This document shows, one piece after another, positions 35,798 through 45,766 of a stretch of DNA of 64,000 bases. The notes beneath the pieces were generated by a model, which was not told where the DNA came from, made no database searches, and saw only the letters and a list, made by a program, of their open reading frames with translations. Source of the stretch: Clostridia bacterium (GTDB taxonomy: Bacteria > Bacillota > Clostridia > Oscillospirales > CAG-272); NCBI GenBank assembly GCA_017456985.1, contig JAFTIH010000031.1:421-64420 (forward strand). The letters run 5' to 3'. Position 1 is the stretch's first letter, and each line of letters opens with the position of its first letter. Position numbers and translations under genes: made by a program.

Positions 35798-36381
35798 TAG
35801 CGAACAAGTCCGTTATAGAGCCCCCGTGCAAAAAGCACAGGGTTATCCCGTAAGAGCGCGGCGTCCGACGGATTGGTGATAAAGCCAAGCTCCATCAAAA
35901 CGGCAGGCATTGGCGTGCGCCGCAAAACGTACAGCCCGGGGCGGATCAAAACCCCGCGGTTCCTTAGACCCGTTGCCTCGGTGAGCGTCGTCAAAAGCAC
36001 CTCTGCGATGCTGTAAGAGGTTGTGTTTCTTGCAAAAACGAGCGCCTCGGATCCCGACACCTCGGAATTGACGGACGCGTTACAGTGCAAGGAAAGAAAC
36101 AAGTCGGCATCAAAGGCGACGGCTTGCTCCACGCGCACGCGAAGGCTGGCGGCGTTGGAGTTGCCTAAAACCGTTTCCGCCGTGGGGCGGGAAAGACGCG
36201 ATTCAAATTCGGGGTTTTCATCGAGCAGTGCCTTTAAGGACACGCCGATACGAAAAACGATATCCTGTTCTCTTAATCCGTTGCCCTCGGCGCCCGCATT
36301 CGGGCTTTGCGGATTGTGTCCTTGATCAATGTAAATTCGTATTGCCACGTTGCTATCCTCGCCCTTCTTTTTTATTATCAT
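35785..36381 (-). CDS. N-acetylmuramoyl-L-alanine amidase (Amidase_3 family)
   Basis: IDQGHN...AGAEG...E(Q)D, LSLHCNA and the C-terminal ELGFITN motif. The true start may be the internal GTG at 36348. Confidence 0.85.
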   Translation of the reverse strand: MIIKKKGEDSNVAIRIYIDQGHNPQSPNAGAEGNGLREQDIVFRIGVSLKALLDENPEFESRLSRPTAETVLGNSNAASLRVRVEQAVAFDADLFLSLHCNASVNSEVSGSEALVFARNTTSYSIAEVLLTTLTEATGLRNRGVLIRPGLYVLRRTPMPAVLMELGFITNPSDAALLRDNPVLFARGLYNGLVRYYGV

Positions 36382-36384
36382 TCT

Positions 36385-37164
36385 ATGCAGAACGGAAAGG
36401 TTTGCGCATTTGTGAAAGAATTACAACGAATACTCAGCTTTACCCGCCGTGCGCTTGAGGACTACGATATGGTCCGCGCAGGCGACAAGATCGCCGTCGG
36501 GATCTCGGGCGGAAAGGATTCTATGACGCTCCTTGCCGCGCTTGCCGCACTTCGCCGCTTTTATCCCATCCCCTACGAGCTTTGCGCCATTTCGGTGGAT
36601 ATGGGCTTTAAGGGGGCGGATTTTTCGCCCATAGAGCGATATTGCGAGCGCCTTGACGTCGAATATCGCGTGGTGAAGACGGATATTGCCGAGATCATTT
36701 TTGACGTTCGCAAGGAGAAAAATCCCTGCTCGCTCTGCGCAAAAATGCGGCGCGGCGTTTTGCACACTACCGCAAAGGAGATGGGCGCCAACCGCGTGGG
36801 ACTGGGGCATCACTTTGACGACGCGGTGGATACCTTTATGCTCAACCTCTTTTTCGAGGGACGGATCGGGTGCTTTTCTCCCGTTTCGTATCTCTCACGC
36901 GCCGATCTGCATCTGATCCGCCCCTTGATCTATGCAAGTGAAAAGGACATTCGCTATTTCGTCAACCATAGCGACTTGCCCGTTCTCGAAAGCGCGTGTC
37001 CCGCCAACCACAACACCGAGCGGGAGCGGATGAAAAATTTGCTTGCGGAGCTTGAAAAAAGCTACGATGGGTTGCGGCACCGCATTTTTGGTGCGATGTG
37101 TCGGGGTGAGATCGACGGCTTTCGCGAGGTCGGGAAGATCCCCGTAATTTCTGACGACGAATAA
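36385..37164 (+). CDS. ttcA: PP-loop ATPase of the TtcA family (tRNA thiolation)
   Basis: SGGKDS PP-loop, CSLCAKMRRG and GHHFDD motifs. ATG at 36385 is preferred over the track start at 36307. Confidence 0.75.
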   Translation: MQNGKVCAFVKELQRILSFTRRALEDYDMVRAGDKIAVGISGGKDSMTLLAALAALRRFYPIPYELCAISVDMGFKGADFSPIERYCERLDVEYRVVKTDIAEIIFDVRKEKNPCSLCAKMRRGVLHTTAKEMGANRVGLGHHFDDAVDTFMLNLFFEGRIGCFSPVSYLSRADLHLIRPLIYASEKDIRYFVNHSDLPVLESACPANHNTERERMKNLLAELEKSYDGLRHRIFGAMCRGEIDGFREVGKIPVISDDE

Positions 37165-37229
37165 CAAAAAAGACGGAAAACGTCCCGCTTTGGGGTGTTA
37201 ATTCCGTCTTTTCTTTTTGTGAAAATGCT

Positions 37230-38132
37230 TTATCCGAGGAGTTCTTTATAAAGCGTGCTCTTGGAAACACCGCGATCCTTGGCGGCGGCTTTGATGGCGT
37301 CCATCCGCCCATAGCCCTTATCCTCGTACGCTGCAACGTGTTCCTCGGGGGAGAGTGACGAAAACCACGCGTCCTCCGCGCTTTTTTTGCGCATCTTTTC
37401 GGGAAGCGCGTCCTCGCCCTCTACGATCAGCACGTACTCGCCGCGCGGCGCGTTCTCCTCGTAATAGCGGATCGCGCCCGCAAGGGTCGTGCGCATAATT
37501 TCTTCGTTTCTCTTGGTCATTTCCCGACACAGCGCGATCCGACGGTCACCAAAGGTAGCGAAGAGGTCCTCAAGCGTGGCGCGCAGCTTGTGCGGCGCCT
37601 CGTAAAAGATCATCGTACGTCCCTCGCCCGCGATCTTTGCGAGGTGCTTTTTTCTCTCTCCCGCATTAGGAGTGAGAAAGCCCTCGAAGGCAAAGCGGCT
37701 TGTTGAAAGCGCGGAAAGGGATAGCGCGTTGATCGCGGCACAGCACCCGGGAACTGCCGTTACGGGGATCCCGCGCTCGGCGCAAAGCCGTACGAGATCC
37801 TCCCCGGGGTCACTGATCGCGGGGGTCCCCGCATCCGTCACGAGGGCACAGGACGCACCGCCCTCAAGCCGCGCGGCGATCAGCTCACCCCGCTGGCGCT
37901 TGTTGTGCTCAAAATAGCTGATCAGCTCCTTGTCGTGGATCTCGAAGAAGGAAAGAAGCTTTTGCGTGTTTCTCGTGTCCTCGGCGGCGATAAGATCGAC
38001 GCCTTGCAGAATTTTAAGCGCCCGCGCGGAGAGATCGGAAAGGTTCCCGATGGGCGTCGCAATGAGATAGAGCGTCCCGGGGACGATGCGGTTCTTTTCT
38101 TCATCCGCGATCATATCTTCAAAATGCGGCAT
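37230..38132 (-). CDS. rsmI: 16S rRNA (cytidine1402-2'-O)-methyltransferase
   Basis: GTLYLIATPIGNLSDLS, the TP-methylase fold and a C-terminal GIY-like tail. GGAGG SD is present. Confidence 0.9.
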   Translation of the reverse strand: MPHFEDMIADEEKNRIVPGTLYLIATPIGNLSDLSARALKILQGVDLIAAEDTRNTQKLLSFFEIHDKELISYFEHNKRQRGELIAARLEGGASCALVTDAGTPAISDPGEDLVRLCAERGIPVTAVPGCCAAINALSLSALSTSRFAFEGFLTPNAGERKKHLAKIAGEGRTMIFYEAPHKLRATLEDLFATFGDRRIALCREMTKRNEEIMRTTLAGAIRYYEENAPRGEYVLIVEGEDALPEKMRKKSAEDAWFSSLSPEEHVAAYEDKGYGRMDAIKAAAKDRGVSKSTLYKELLG

Positions 38133-38153
38133 AACGTGCCTCCATAATCGTTT

Positions 38154-38897
38154 TTAAAAGGTGGTGGGGAAGATGCCCTCGTTTAAAATGTACGTAACGT
38201 CATCACTGTCCTCGCCGTTTTCCGAGAGAATAAGAGGACGGGTGACGGCAAGGGATGGCTTGCCGCCAAGTCGCGCCTCTAAAAGGAGCATAGAGGGCTC
38301 CGCATCCCGACGCGCGTGGACGAAGGTCAGACGCTTGGGCTCAAGCTTAACCGCGCGGCAGGCACAAAGAAGGTCGGCAAGGCGCTCGGTGCGGTAAACA
38401 ACGTAAAAGGCGCCGCCGTATTTTAATGCGCGAGAGGCGCACAGCGCAAAGTCGGCAATCGTACCGCACAGCTCGTGCCGTGCAATATCCTTGGCTTCGT
38501 TTTGACATTTGGCGCCGCAGGCGTCCGTCATATACGGCGGATTGGAAAAGACGGCGTCATAGCTTCCATAGCTTGTTTTTTCGGGGAAGCTCCGCACGTC
38601 CCCGAGGATGGGTGTCAGTGTTTCCTCAAGTCCGTTTAATCTTGCGTTGCGTCCGATCAGCTCGGCGTATTCCTCTTGGATCTCCAAGCAGTCTATCTTA
38701 TTAAAACGCCCGCGTGCGGCAAGGAGCATCGAGATAATACCGCTCCCCCCGCCAAGCTCCAGCGCGCGGGGCGCGGGCTTTTTGGCAAAGGCGGCAAGGA
38801 GCAAAGCGTCCGTGCCAAAGGTTAGTCCATCCGTTTTTTGGATGAGCCGCAGTTTATCGTTGACCTCGTCAATGCGTTCGTTTTCTTGTAACAGCAC
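38154..38897 (-). CDS. N6-adenine-type SAM methyltransferase (tRNA1(Val) m6A37 TrmN6/YfiC-like)
   Basis: LELGGGSGIIS SAM motif and the NPPY catalytic motif. A GTG start lies 9 nt after GGAGG. Confidence 0.75.
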   Translation of the reverse strand: MLLQENERIDEVNDKLRLIQKTDGLTFGTDALLLAAFAKKPAPRALELGGGSGIISMLLAARGRFNKIDCLEIQEEYAELIGRNARLNGLEETLTPILGDVRSFPEKTSYGSYDAVFSNPPYMTDACGAKCQNEAKDIARHELCGTIADFALCASRALKYGGAFYVVYRTERLADLLCACRAVKLEPKRLTFVHARRDAEPSMLLLEARLGGKPSLAVTRPLILSENGEDSDDVTYILNEGIFPTTF

Positions 38898-38974
38898 GGG
38901 GCGTTTCCTCCTTTCTTACGATGGAAAAGAAAAGAGCTGTCGCAGCGTGCGCCAGCCCTTTACTTGTGTGCGAA

Positions 38975-39145
38975 TTATTCCTCAACAGGAGCGCCAACGG
39001 GGCAAGCGCCTGCGCAAGAGCCGCAGCCGATGCAAGCTTCTGCATCGATTACGTACTTGCCGTCACCCTCGGTGATGCAGCTAACGGGGCACTCGCTCTC
39101 GCAAGCACCGCAGGATACGCACTCATCAGTAATTTTGTAAGCCAT
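38975..39145 (-). CDS. fdx: 2x[4Fe-4S] clostridial-type ferredoxin
   Basis: 56 aa, MAYKITDECVSCGACESECP...CIGCGSCAGACP. GGAGG SD lies 8 nt upstream of the ATG at 39145. Confidence 0.93.
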   Translation of the reverse strand: MAYKITDECVSCGACESECPVSCITEGDGKYVIDAEACIGCGSCAGACPVGAPVEE

Positions 39146-39178
39146 GGTTGTTACCTCCAAATATGTTTTGCAACTACT

Positions 39179-39207
39179 ATTGTAGCAGTATTAGCGGAAA
39201 AAATCAA
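39179..39207 (-). promoter_or_regulatory. sigma-A promoter for ferredoxin
   Basis: On the minus strand: TTGATT (39207-39202), a 17-nt spacer, then TGcTACAAT (-10 hexamer at 39184-39179). Confidence 0.65.
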
Positions 39208-39260
39208 GATGTTTTTTCAAAAAAATCCGTTTTGTCACAAAAAAAGACGGGATTTTTTCT

Positions 39261-40166
39261 TTAGTTTGCGTCCTTTTGCGGCGCCTTGGGCTTCTTACCC
39301 TTGCCTGCGCTCAAAACGGTGACTTCGTCGCACCGATACAGCTTGGGTGCGTCGGTGCCTTCCTCGGGGCGTACCTTGATCAGCTGTAAGAGCGGACGGG
39401 TTTCGATCACGACGCCCGTGCCGTTTGGCGTTTGCACGGTAGAGCCGACGGGCGGCGTCGTTTTGAGCGCTTCCTCGTAGGATTCGTGCTCGTAGCGCAG
39501 ACAGCACATCAGTCTGCCACAGCTGCCCGAGATCTTGGAGGAATTGAGGGAGAAGTTCTGCTCCTTCGCCATCTTAATGGAAACCTGTACGAAATCGGAA
39601 AGAAAGCTGGAGCAGCAGAAGGGGCGTCCGCAAACGCCGAGTCCGCCCATCATCTTTGCCTCGTCACGAATACCGATCTGGCGAAGCTCGATGCGCGTAC
39701 GGAAGACGGAGGCAAGGTCCTTGACCAGCTCGCGGAAATCCACGCGTCCCTCGGCGGTGAAGTAGAAGAGAAGCTTTTGGTTGTCAAACGTATATTCTAC
39801 GTCAACGAGCTTCATTTCAAGCTTGTGCTTGGCGATCTTTTCTTCGCCGATCTTGCGGGCGCGCTCCTCGGAGTCGCGGTTTTCCTCGTTGCGGCGGACG
39901 TCCGCCTCGGTAGCAATTCGGATAACGCGCTTTAGGGGTGCCACGATAGAGGAGGTTGGGACCTCCTTGTTGCCGAAAACGACGCGGGCAAACTCCATAC
40001 CGCGAGTTGTTTCGACGATGACGAAATCCTTGGGCGTGATGGTGAGCGCCCCGGGATCAAAATAATACGATTTGGTAGAGTTGCGGAAGCTGACGCCCAC
40101 CACGACGGTCGTTTCTGCTTTCGCGGGTTCCTCGGTAAGAGGAGCCTTTTCCATTTCTTCGTTCAT
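39261..40166 (-). CDS. ricT: PSP1-domain protein RicT/YaaT
   Basis: CGRPFCCSSFL and CGRLMCCLRYE cysteine motifs. The gene sits directly after holB, as in Bacillus. Confidence 0.88.
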   Translation of the reverse strand: MNEEMEKAPLTEEPAKAETTVVVGVSFRNSTKSYYFDPGALTITPKDFVIVETTRGMEFARVVFGNKEVPTSSIVAPLKRVIRIATEADVRRNEENRDSEERARKIGEEKIAKHKLEMKLVDVEYTFDNQKLLFYFTAEGRVDFRELVKDLASVFRTRIELRQIGIRDEAKMMGGLGVCGRPFCCSSFLSDFVQVSIKMAKEQNFSLNSSKISGSCGRLMCCLRYEHESYEEALKTTPPVGSTVQTPNGTGVVIETRPLLQLIKVRPEEGTDAPKLYRCDEVTVLSAGKGKKPKAPQKDAN

Positions 40167-40169
40167 AAA

Positions 40170-41210
40170 CTATCTCACTTTCTGTGCTTCTCGCAACCGT
40201 GAGCCGAACAGTGCTTGTACGGTCGTGACGTTTGCGTTTTTTTCAATTTCTTCGAGTGCTTCTTCCGTTGCCTTCACTACCGCAAGCAATGCCACAAGCG
40301 AAATATCACGCATCGTGCTCGGTACGGCATCGGGGGAGGGGAAGAAGGTCATAGGGGGATCGTCCGTCCGTTTCAAAAGGACGAGGTCGCGAAGTGCGGT
40401 ATGCAAAAGAAGAAGTGCATCGGATAGCTCGTCGCGTTTGGTCGGAAGATTGCCGATCGCGTTTAAGATGGGGGTGTAGGTGCGCGTGGAGAGCGCTTGG
40501 ATCACCGAAAGCACCTCGGCGCGCTTCTTGGCTACTGCCTCGCGGCTTTGCGGAGAGAGCAGAGCAAGCGCGCTGCCGATGCTTCCTTGTGCGGCGGTAA
40601 GCAGGGTCTCCGTGTCCGTAGCGGATGCGGGGGCGGCGTTTAAGAGGGCAGGCGCCTTCTCTTTTAAGTACGCGGCGATCTCACCGGGAGAAAAGCGTTG
40701 CATCCGCACGAGCCGCGCACGGCTTCGCACAGTGGTGAGCATCGCGTCCGCGCTGGTGGTTAGCAAAAGAATCTTGATCTCGGTAGGCGGCTCCTCCATC
40801 ACCTTTAAAAGGGCGTTTTGCGCCTGTACGGTCATACTCTCTGCATCTTGGAAAATATAAAATCTCTGGTCAAACTCCGTGGCAGACAGCATCGCGTCGG
40901 CGCGGACCTCGCGCACGGCTTCTACGCCGATGGTCGCCTTATCACCGCGGCTTAACACGTGTACGTCGGGGGTGAGGTTTTCTTCCACCAAATGACAAGC
41001 ACGGCAACGGCGGCAGGGAAGCGGATAGGAAGGATCCGTGCGATGCTCGCAAAGGGAAGCCATCGCAAGCTCCTTCGCCAGCGTGCTTTTTCCCGAGCCC
41101 TCGGCTCCCTCGATCAGAATCGCGTGGGATAAGCGTCCCTCTTCTATGCTCTTTCCAAGGGCAAGGCGGCTTTCGCGATTGCCGAATACGGCACTTAAAT
41201 ACTCGCGCAT
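40170..41210 (-). CDS. holB: DNA polymerase III delta' subunit
   Basis: HAILIEGAEGSGKSTLA P-loop, C..C..CRRCRAC zinc module and SRARLV sensor. Confidence 0.88.
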   Translation of the reverse strand: MREYLSAVFGNRESRLALGKSIEEGRLSHAILIEGAEGSGKSTLAKELAMASLCEHRTDPSYPLPCRRCRACHLVEENLTPDVHVLSRGDKATIGVEAVREVRADAMLSATEFDQRFYIFQDAESMTVQAQNALLKVMEEPPTEIKILLLTTSADAMLTTVRSRARLVRMQRFSPGEIAAYLKEKAPALLNAAPASATDTETLLTAAQGSIGSALALLSPQSREAVAKKRAEVLSVIQALSTRTYTPILNAIGNLPTKRDELSDALLLLHTALRDLVLLKRTDDPPMTFFPSPDAVPSTMRDISLVALLAVVKATEEALEEIEKNANVTTVQALFGSRLREAQKVR

Positions 41211-41332
41211 TTTGCCACCTCCTTAAAATTAAGCATAATATCCTACTCTAATATAGTATAACAAAAAAATGCGCTTCTGTCAACTGCTTAATTTTTAAAA
41301 TGATGAGATTTTCGCAGTTCTGGGATAAAAAA

Positions 41333-41353
41333 GACCTGCCGCGCGGGCAGGTC
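41333..41353 (-). terminator. intrinsic terminator after clpX
   Basis: GACCTGCC-GCGCG-GGCAGGTC followed by TTTTTT on the minus strand. Confidence 0.85.
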
Positions 41354-41360
41354 CTTCCAT

Positions 41361-42653
41361 TTATACGGCAGGCTTGCGGATAATGAGCACCGCATCTCCC
41401 TTGCCGTCGATAAAATCCCCCGTGATGATGATCTTTTCCACGTCCGTGCGGGAGGGAATATCATACATCAAAGGAAGCATCTTTTCCTCTAAGATGGCAC
41501 GCAATCCGCGCGCTCCCGTTTCTCTTGCAATCGCTAAGCGTGCGATTGCGGCAAACGCATCCTCGGAAAATTCAAGCGCGACGCCGTCTAAGGAAAAGAG
41601 CTTGACGTACTGCTTTGCAAGTGCGTTTTTGGGCTCGCGGATGATGCGCATTAAGGCTTCCTCGTCGAGCTCGTCAAGCGAAACGATCATAGGCAAGCGT
41701 CCCACCAGCTCGGGAATAAGTCCGTACTTGATGACGTCGTGTGGCGTGACGTTCTTGTAAAGGCTGTTTTTCTTCTTTTCTTCCTTCGTGTGGATCTCGC
41801 CGCCAAAGCCGATCGTCTGATTGCCGCGGCGTTGCTCGATGATCTCGGCGATGCCGTCAAAGGCGCCACCGCAGATGAAAAGAATGTTTTCCGTGTTGAT
41901 GCGCAGATATTCTTGGTTGGGGTGCTTTCTGCCGCCCTGCGGAGGCACGTTTGCGATCGTACCCTCCAGGATCTTCAAAAGCGCCTGCTGCACGCCCTCG
42001 CCCGATACGTCGCGCGTGATGGAGCGATTTTCTCCGCGGCGGGAGATCTTGTCGATCTCGTCGATATAAATGATCCCGCGCTCGGCAAGCTCAATATCAA
42101 AGTCAGCCGCTTGGATCAGGCGCAGTAAAATGTTTTCCACGTCCTCGCCCACGTAGCCTGCCTCGGTCAGCGTGGTGGCGTCCGCAATCGCAAAGGGAAC
42201 CTTGAGCGCCTTGGCAAGCGTTTGTGCCACGTACGTTTTACCGACGCCCGTGGGGCCCAGCAAAAGAACGTTGCTCTTTTGGATCTCAATTCCGTCCTCT
42301 GCGACCTTGTCGCTCTTCTTGCCCTTGCTCGGCAGACGCGTCAAAATGCGCTTGTAGTGATTATAAACGGCAACGGAAAGCACGCGCTTTGCGTTATCCT
42401 GCCCGATCACGTAGTCGTCAAGAAGTGCCTTGATCTCGTGAGGGCGGGGAAGTGTTTCGAGCGTCAGCGCAGGCGCCCCTTTGCCACGGGCAGGCGCTTC
42501 CGTTTCGGTATATTCGTCGATGATCTGCTGACAAGCGGCAACGCACTCGTCACAAATGCAGGTACCGTTGAGAGCGGGAATCAGGAAGGCGACCTTGGTT
42601 TCATCTCTCCCGCAAAAGGAGCAGACGTGCCTTGTTTTGTTCTGCTTATCCAT
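41361..42653 (-). CDS. clpX: ATP-dependent Clp protease ATP-binding subunit ClpX
   Basis: N-terminal zinc finger C..C...[10 protein letters not shown] Walker A and IGF-type loop. Confidence 0.96.
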   Translation of the reverse strand: MDKQNKTRHVCSFCGRDETKVAFLIPALNGTCICDECVAACQQIIDEYTETEAPARGKGAPALTLETLPRPHEIKALLDDYVIGQDNAKRVLSVAVYNHYKRILTRLPSKGKKSDKVAEDGIEIQKSNVLLLGPTGVGKTYVAQTLAKALKVPFAIADATTLTEAGYVGEDVENILLRLIQAADFDIELAERGIIYIDEIDKISRRGENRSITRDVSGEGVQQALLKILEGTIANVPPQGGRKHPNQEYLRINTENILFICGGAFDGIAEIIEQRRGNQTIGFGGEIHTKEEKKKNSLYKNVTPHDVIKYGLIPELVGRLPMIVSLDELDEEALMRIIREPKNALAKQYVKLFSLDGVALEFSEDAFAAIARLAIARETGARGLRAILEEKMLPLMYDIPSRTDVEKIIITGDFIDGKGDAVLIIRKPAV

Positions 42654-42673
42654 AATTTCCTCTGTTTTTTAAA

Positions 42674-43258
42674 TTAAGGTCTTTTTTCGATAACCTTATC
42701 GATCAGACCGTACTCTGCCGCCGCGTCGGCACTTAAGAAGTTATCGCGGTCGGTGTCGCGCTCGATCTCGGCAAGCGTTTTGCCCGTGCGCTCCGCAAGG
42801 ATCTTGTTGAGCTTTTCGCGCGTGCGCAGAATGTGGTCGGCGTGGATCTTAATGTCGCTTGCCTGACCGCGTGCGCCGCCAAGAGGCTGATGGATCATAA
42901 TTTCACTGTTGGGAAGGGCAAAGCGCTTGCCCTTTGTGCCTGCGGCGAGAAGGAAAGCGCCCATGCTTGCCGCCATACCCACGCAGATGGTGGAAACGTC
43001 GCACTTGATGAAGTTCATCGTGTCATAGATCGCAAAGCCTGCCGAAACGGAGCCGCCGGGGCTGTTGATATAAAAATGAATGTCCTTATCGGGATCCTGT
43101 GCCTCAAGGTACAGCATCTGCGCAACGATCAGAGAAGCCGTTGCATCGTTGACCTCGTCGGAAAGCATAACGATGCGGTCGTTTAACAGGCGGGAAAAAA
43201 TGTCGTAGGAGCGCTCGCCTCTGCCCGTTTGTTCGATTACCATTGGTACCAAAGCCAT
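42674..43258 (-). CDS. clpP: ATP-dependent Clp protease proteolytic subunit
   Basis: 194 aa with [19 protein letters not shown] (catalytic Ser) and IMIHQPLGG (His). Confidence 0.96.
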   Translation of the reverse strand: MALVPMVIEQTGRGERSYDIFSRLLNDRIVMLSDEVNDATASLIVAQMLYLEAQDPDKDIHFYINSPGGSVSAGFAIYDTMNFIKCDVSTICVGMAASMGAFLLAAGTKGKRFALPNSEIMIHQPLGGARGQASDIKIHADHILRTREKLNKILAERTGKTLAEIERDTDRDNFLSADAAAEYGLIDKVIEKRP

Positions 43259-43298
43259 AATTCGTTCTCCTTATTTCTATTTCGGTGTGTACTCGGTT

Positions 43299-43339
43299 AA
43301 AAAAGCGTGCCACGCCTATGTGAAGAAGGCGAGGCACGC
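43299..43339 (-). terminator. terminator after tig
   Basis: GCGTGCCTCGCC...GGCGTGGCACGC, a 12-bp stem with one mismatch, followed by TTTTTT (minus strand). Confidence 0.65.
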
Positions 43340-43345
43340 AAATCA

Positions 43346-44629
43346 TCAAGCTACGGTAATAACTGCCTTTTCCTTGACGAGCTCGACAGCCGCCTTTACC
43401 TTGAGATCCTCGGTCAGATCCTTGGGGTCGATCAGCTTCTTCACTTCGTCAACAGGTACATTATATGCCTCTGCGATGCGCTTGTATTCAGCTTCCAGAT
43501 CTTTCTTAAGAACGCTCAGCTTCTCAAGCTTTGCAATCTTCTCAAGAACGAGGCGGACGCGAACCTGCTTTTCAGCGCGGGGACGCATCTGCTCGCGGAT
43601 GGTGTCGAGCGTCATACCCGTGTATTTGCAGTAGGTAGCGAGATCAAGACCCTGAGCGCGCAGGTTGTTATCCATATCGCGCAGGCTGTTCTCGGTCTCT
43701 GCAACGAACATTACCTCGGGAATATCTGCTTCCATCTTCTCAACGAGGGCATCGATCAGCTTGTCCTCAACCTCAGCGTCTGCCTGCTTTTCGTTGCGCT
43801 CGGTCAGCTTTGCACGGATGTCAGCCTTGTACTCATCAAGCGTATCAAACTCGGAAACGTCCTTAGCAAACTCGTCGTCAAGCTCGGGAAGCTCGGTCGC
43901 CTTGATGGCGTGAAGAACGACCTTGAATACGGCAGCCTTGCCTGCAAGATCGCTTGCGTGGTACTCCTCGGGGAAGCTTACGTTAACGTCAAACTCCTCG
44001 CCGATGCTCTTGCCAACGATCTGCTCCTCAAAGCCGGGGATGAACTGACCGCTGCCAAGCTTTAAGTCGTGACCCTTTGCCGCACCGCCCTCAAAGAGAA
44101 CGCCGTCAACGGATCCCTCGTAGTCGATCGTTACGGTATCGCCGTCCTGTGCGGCACGGTCGGTAACCTCGATGGTGCGGGCGCCGCGCTCACGAACGCG
44201 CTCGATCTCAGCGGCTACGTCCTCGTCGGTCACTGCCTTGACGGTCTTGGTGACCTCAATGCCAAGGTAGCCCTCGACGGAAACGTCGGGCTTGGTATAT
44301 ACGCTAGCCTTCATAACGGGTGCGTCACCCTCAAGCGACTCTACGTCAAACTCGGGACGACCGACAACGTCAAGCTTAGACTCCTTGAGTGCCGCCTCGT
44401 AAGCATCGCCAAGGCACTCGTTGATAGCATCCTCAAAGAAGATACCCTTGCCGTACATCTTCTCAACGATAGCACGGGGAGCCTTGCCCTTGCGGAAGCC
44501 GGGGATGTTCATTTTAGCAACCTGCTTGCGGTAAGCTGCCTGAACTGCCGCTTCGAAAACGTCCTTCTCGATGGAGAACTGCAGCTCGTAATGGTTCTTT
44601 TCAATTTTTGTCTTTTTGATCAGACTCAT
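43346..44629 (-). CDS. tig: trigger factor
   Basis: 427 aa with GFRKGKAP ribosome-binding signature and a central FKBP-like domain. Confidence 0.94.
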   Translation of the reverse strand: MSLIKKTKIEKNHYELQFSIEKDVFEAAVQAAYRKQVAKMNIPGFRKGKAPRAIVEKMYGKGIFFEDAINECLGDAYEAALKESKLDVVGRPEFDVESLEGDAPVMKASVYTKPDVSVEGYLGIEVTKTVKAVTDEDVAAEIERVRERGARTIEVTDRAAQDGDTVTIDYEGSVDGVLFEGGAAKGHDLKLGSGQFIPGFEEQIVGKSIGEEFDVNVSFPEEYHASDLAGKAAVFKVVLHAIKATELPELDDEFAKDVSEFDTLDEYKADIRAKLTERNEKQADAEVEDKLIDALVEKMEADIPEVMFVAETENSLRDMDNNLRAQGLDLATYCKYTGMTLDTIREQMRPRAEKQVRVRLVLEKIAKLEKLSVLKKDLEAEYKRIAEAYNVPVDEVKKLIDPKDLTEDLKVKAAVELVKEKAVITVA

Positions 44630-44678
44630 GTTTCTTTCCTCCGAAGAAAAATATGTTAATTTAATTCAAATCTTAATT

Positions 44679-44707
44679 ATTATAAAGTAAAAAAATCAAA
44701 CTGTCAA
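44679..44707 (-). promoter_or_regulatory. consensus sigma-A promoter for tig
   Basis: On the minus strand: TTGACA (44707-44702), a 17-nt spacer, then TATAAT (44684-44679). Confidence 0.75.
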
Positions 44708-44735
44708 GAGTATTTTGGAAAATAATGCAAAAAAG

Positions 44736-45467
44736 TTAGCGAGTGGGGATCAGCTTGGGCGTGAAATGCAGAAAATCGGCAGAGGTTACGAAAAAACGGA
44801 TGCCTTCCTCTTCAAATTCCATCGGCATCTCGTAATTTCCGTGCACGTGACCGAAGTAGCATTCGCGGATCCCGTATTCCTTTAAGACGGACAAGATCTC
44901 AGGGGAGCGCTTTCCCATCCATAAAACGGGAAAGTGGAGAAATACCGCGATCCTTTTTTCGGGATGCTCGGCTTGCAGCTTTTTTCCTTCCTCAAGGCTT
45001 AGCCGCAGCCTTCCCACCTCGCGTGCAACGATCTTGGCAAAATCCGTTTCGGGAGGGATGTTGTCGCAGGACGCGTCGTAAAACCAGCCGCGCGTGCCGC
45101 AAACGATCAGGTCTTCCACGACGTAAGCGTTATTATATAAAAACGAGATCGTGTCGAGCGCGTGCGCTTCCTTGAAGGCGTGAAGCTTGCGCATCGTCTG
45201 CCACCAGAAATCGTGATTTCCTTTTCCCACGATCTTTTTGCCGGGCAGAGAATTCAAAAACGTCAGATCTGCAACCGCTTCCTCCGTGCCGAGCGCCCAA
45301 GAGATGTCACCCGCAAGGATCACTGTGTCGTCGGCGCTGACCAAGGCACGCCAGTTTTTTTCAAGCTTTTCCGTGTAGCCCTGCCAGCGACGACCGAACA
45401 CCTCCATCGATTTATTGGTGCTTTCGTTGAGTGACAGGTGCAAGTCTGAAATTGCAAAGACAGACAT
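44736..45467 (-). CDS. calcineurin-like metallophosphoesterase
   Basis: ISDLH, GDISW, GNHD and GHVH metal-ligand motifs. Confidence 0.8.
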   Translation of the reverse strand: MSVFAISDLHLSLNESTNKSMEVFGRRWQGYTEKLEKNWRALVSADDTVILAGDISWALGTEEAVADLTFLNSLPGKKIVGKGNHDFWWQTMRKLHAFKEAHALDTISFLYNNAYVVEDLIVCGTRGWFYDASCDNIPPETDFAKIVAREVGRLRLSLEEGKKLQAEHPEKRIAVFLHFPVLWMGKRSPEILSVLKEYGIRECYFGHVHGNYEMPMEFEEEGIRFFVTSADFLHFTPKLIPTR

Positions 45468-45540
45468 AGCGCCTCCTGTATAAAATCAGTGCGTTGGGGT
45501 AAAATGAAGGTACCCCAAGTAGGAAAGTGAGGATTGCAAA

Positions 45541-45723
45541 ATGGAAGAAAAGAATACCTGTGGCTGTGAAAAGGCGCTGGAGGGAATCAAGTGCGATGCG
45601 CATAACTGCGTTTACAACTCGATGGGAAGCACCTGTCACGCACCTCAGATCTCCGTAGGACCGCACGATGCCAAAAAGAGCACCGAAACGGTTTGCGCGA
45701 CCTTCAAGCCCAAGACCTGCTAA
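45541..45723 (+). CDS. DUF1540-family small Cys-rich protein
   Basis: 60 aa with IKCDAHNCVYN...CHA...ETVCATF, the DUF1540 pattern. Confidence 0.75.
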   Translation: MEEKNTCGCEKALEGIKCDAHNCVYNSMGSTCHAPQISVGPHDAKKSTETVCATFKPKTC

Positions 45724-45735
45724 GCGATAGCAGGG

Positions 45736-45766
45736 AAGAAGCTTCGGGATCTCCCCGAAGCTTCTT
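45736..45766. terminator. bidirectional terminator between the DUF1540 gene and thrC
   Basis: AAGAAGCTTCGGG-ATCTC-CCCGAAGCTTCTT, a 13-bp stem followed by ATTTTTT. It overlaps the thrC stop codon. Confidence 0.8.
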
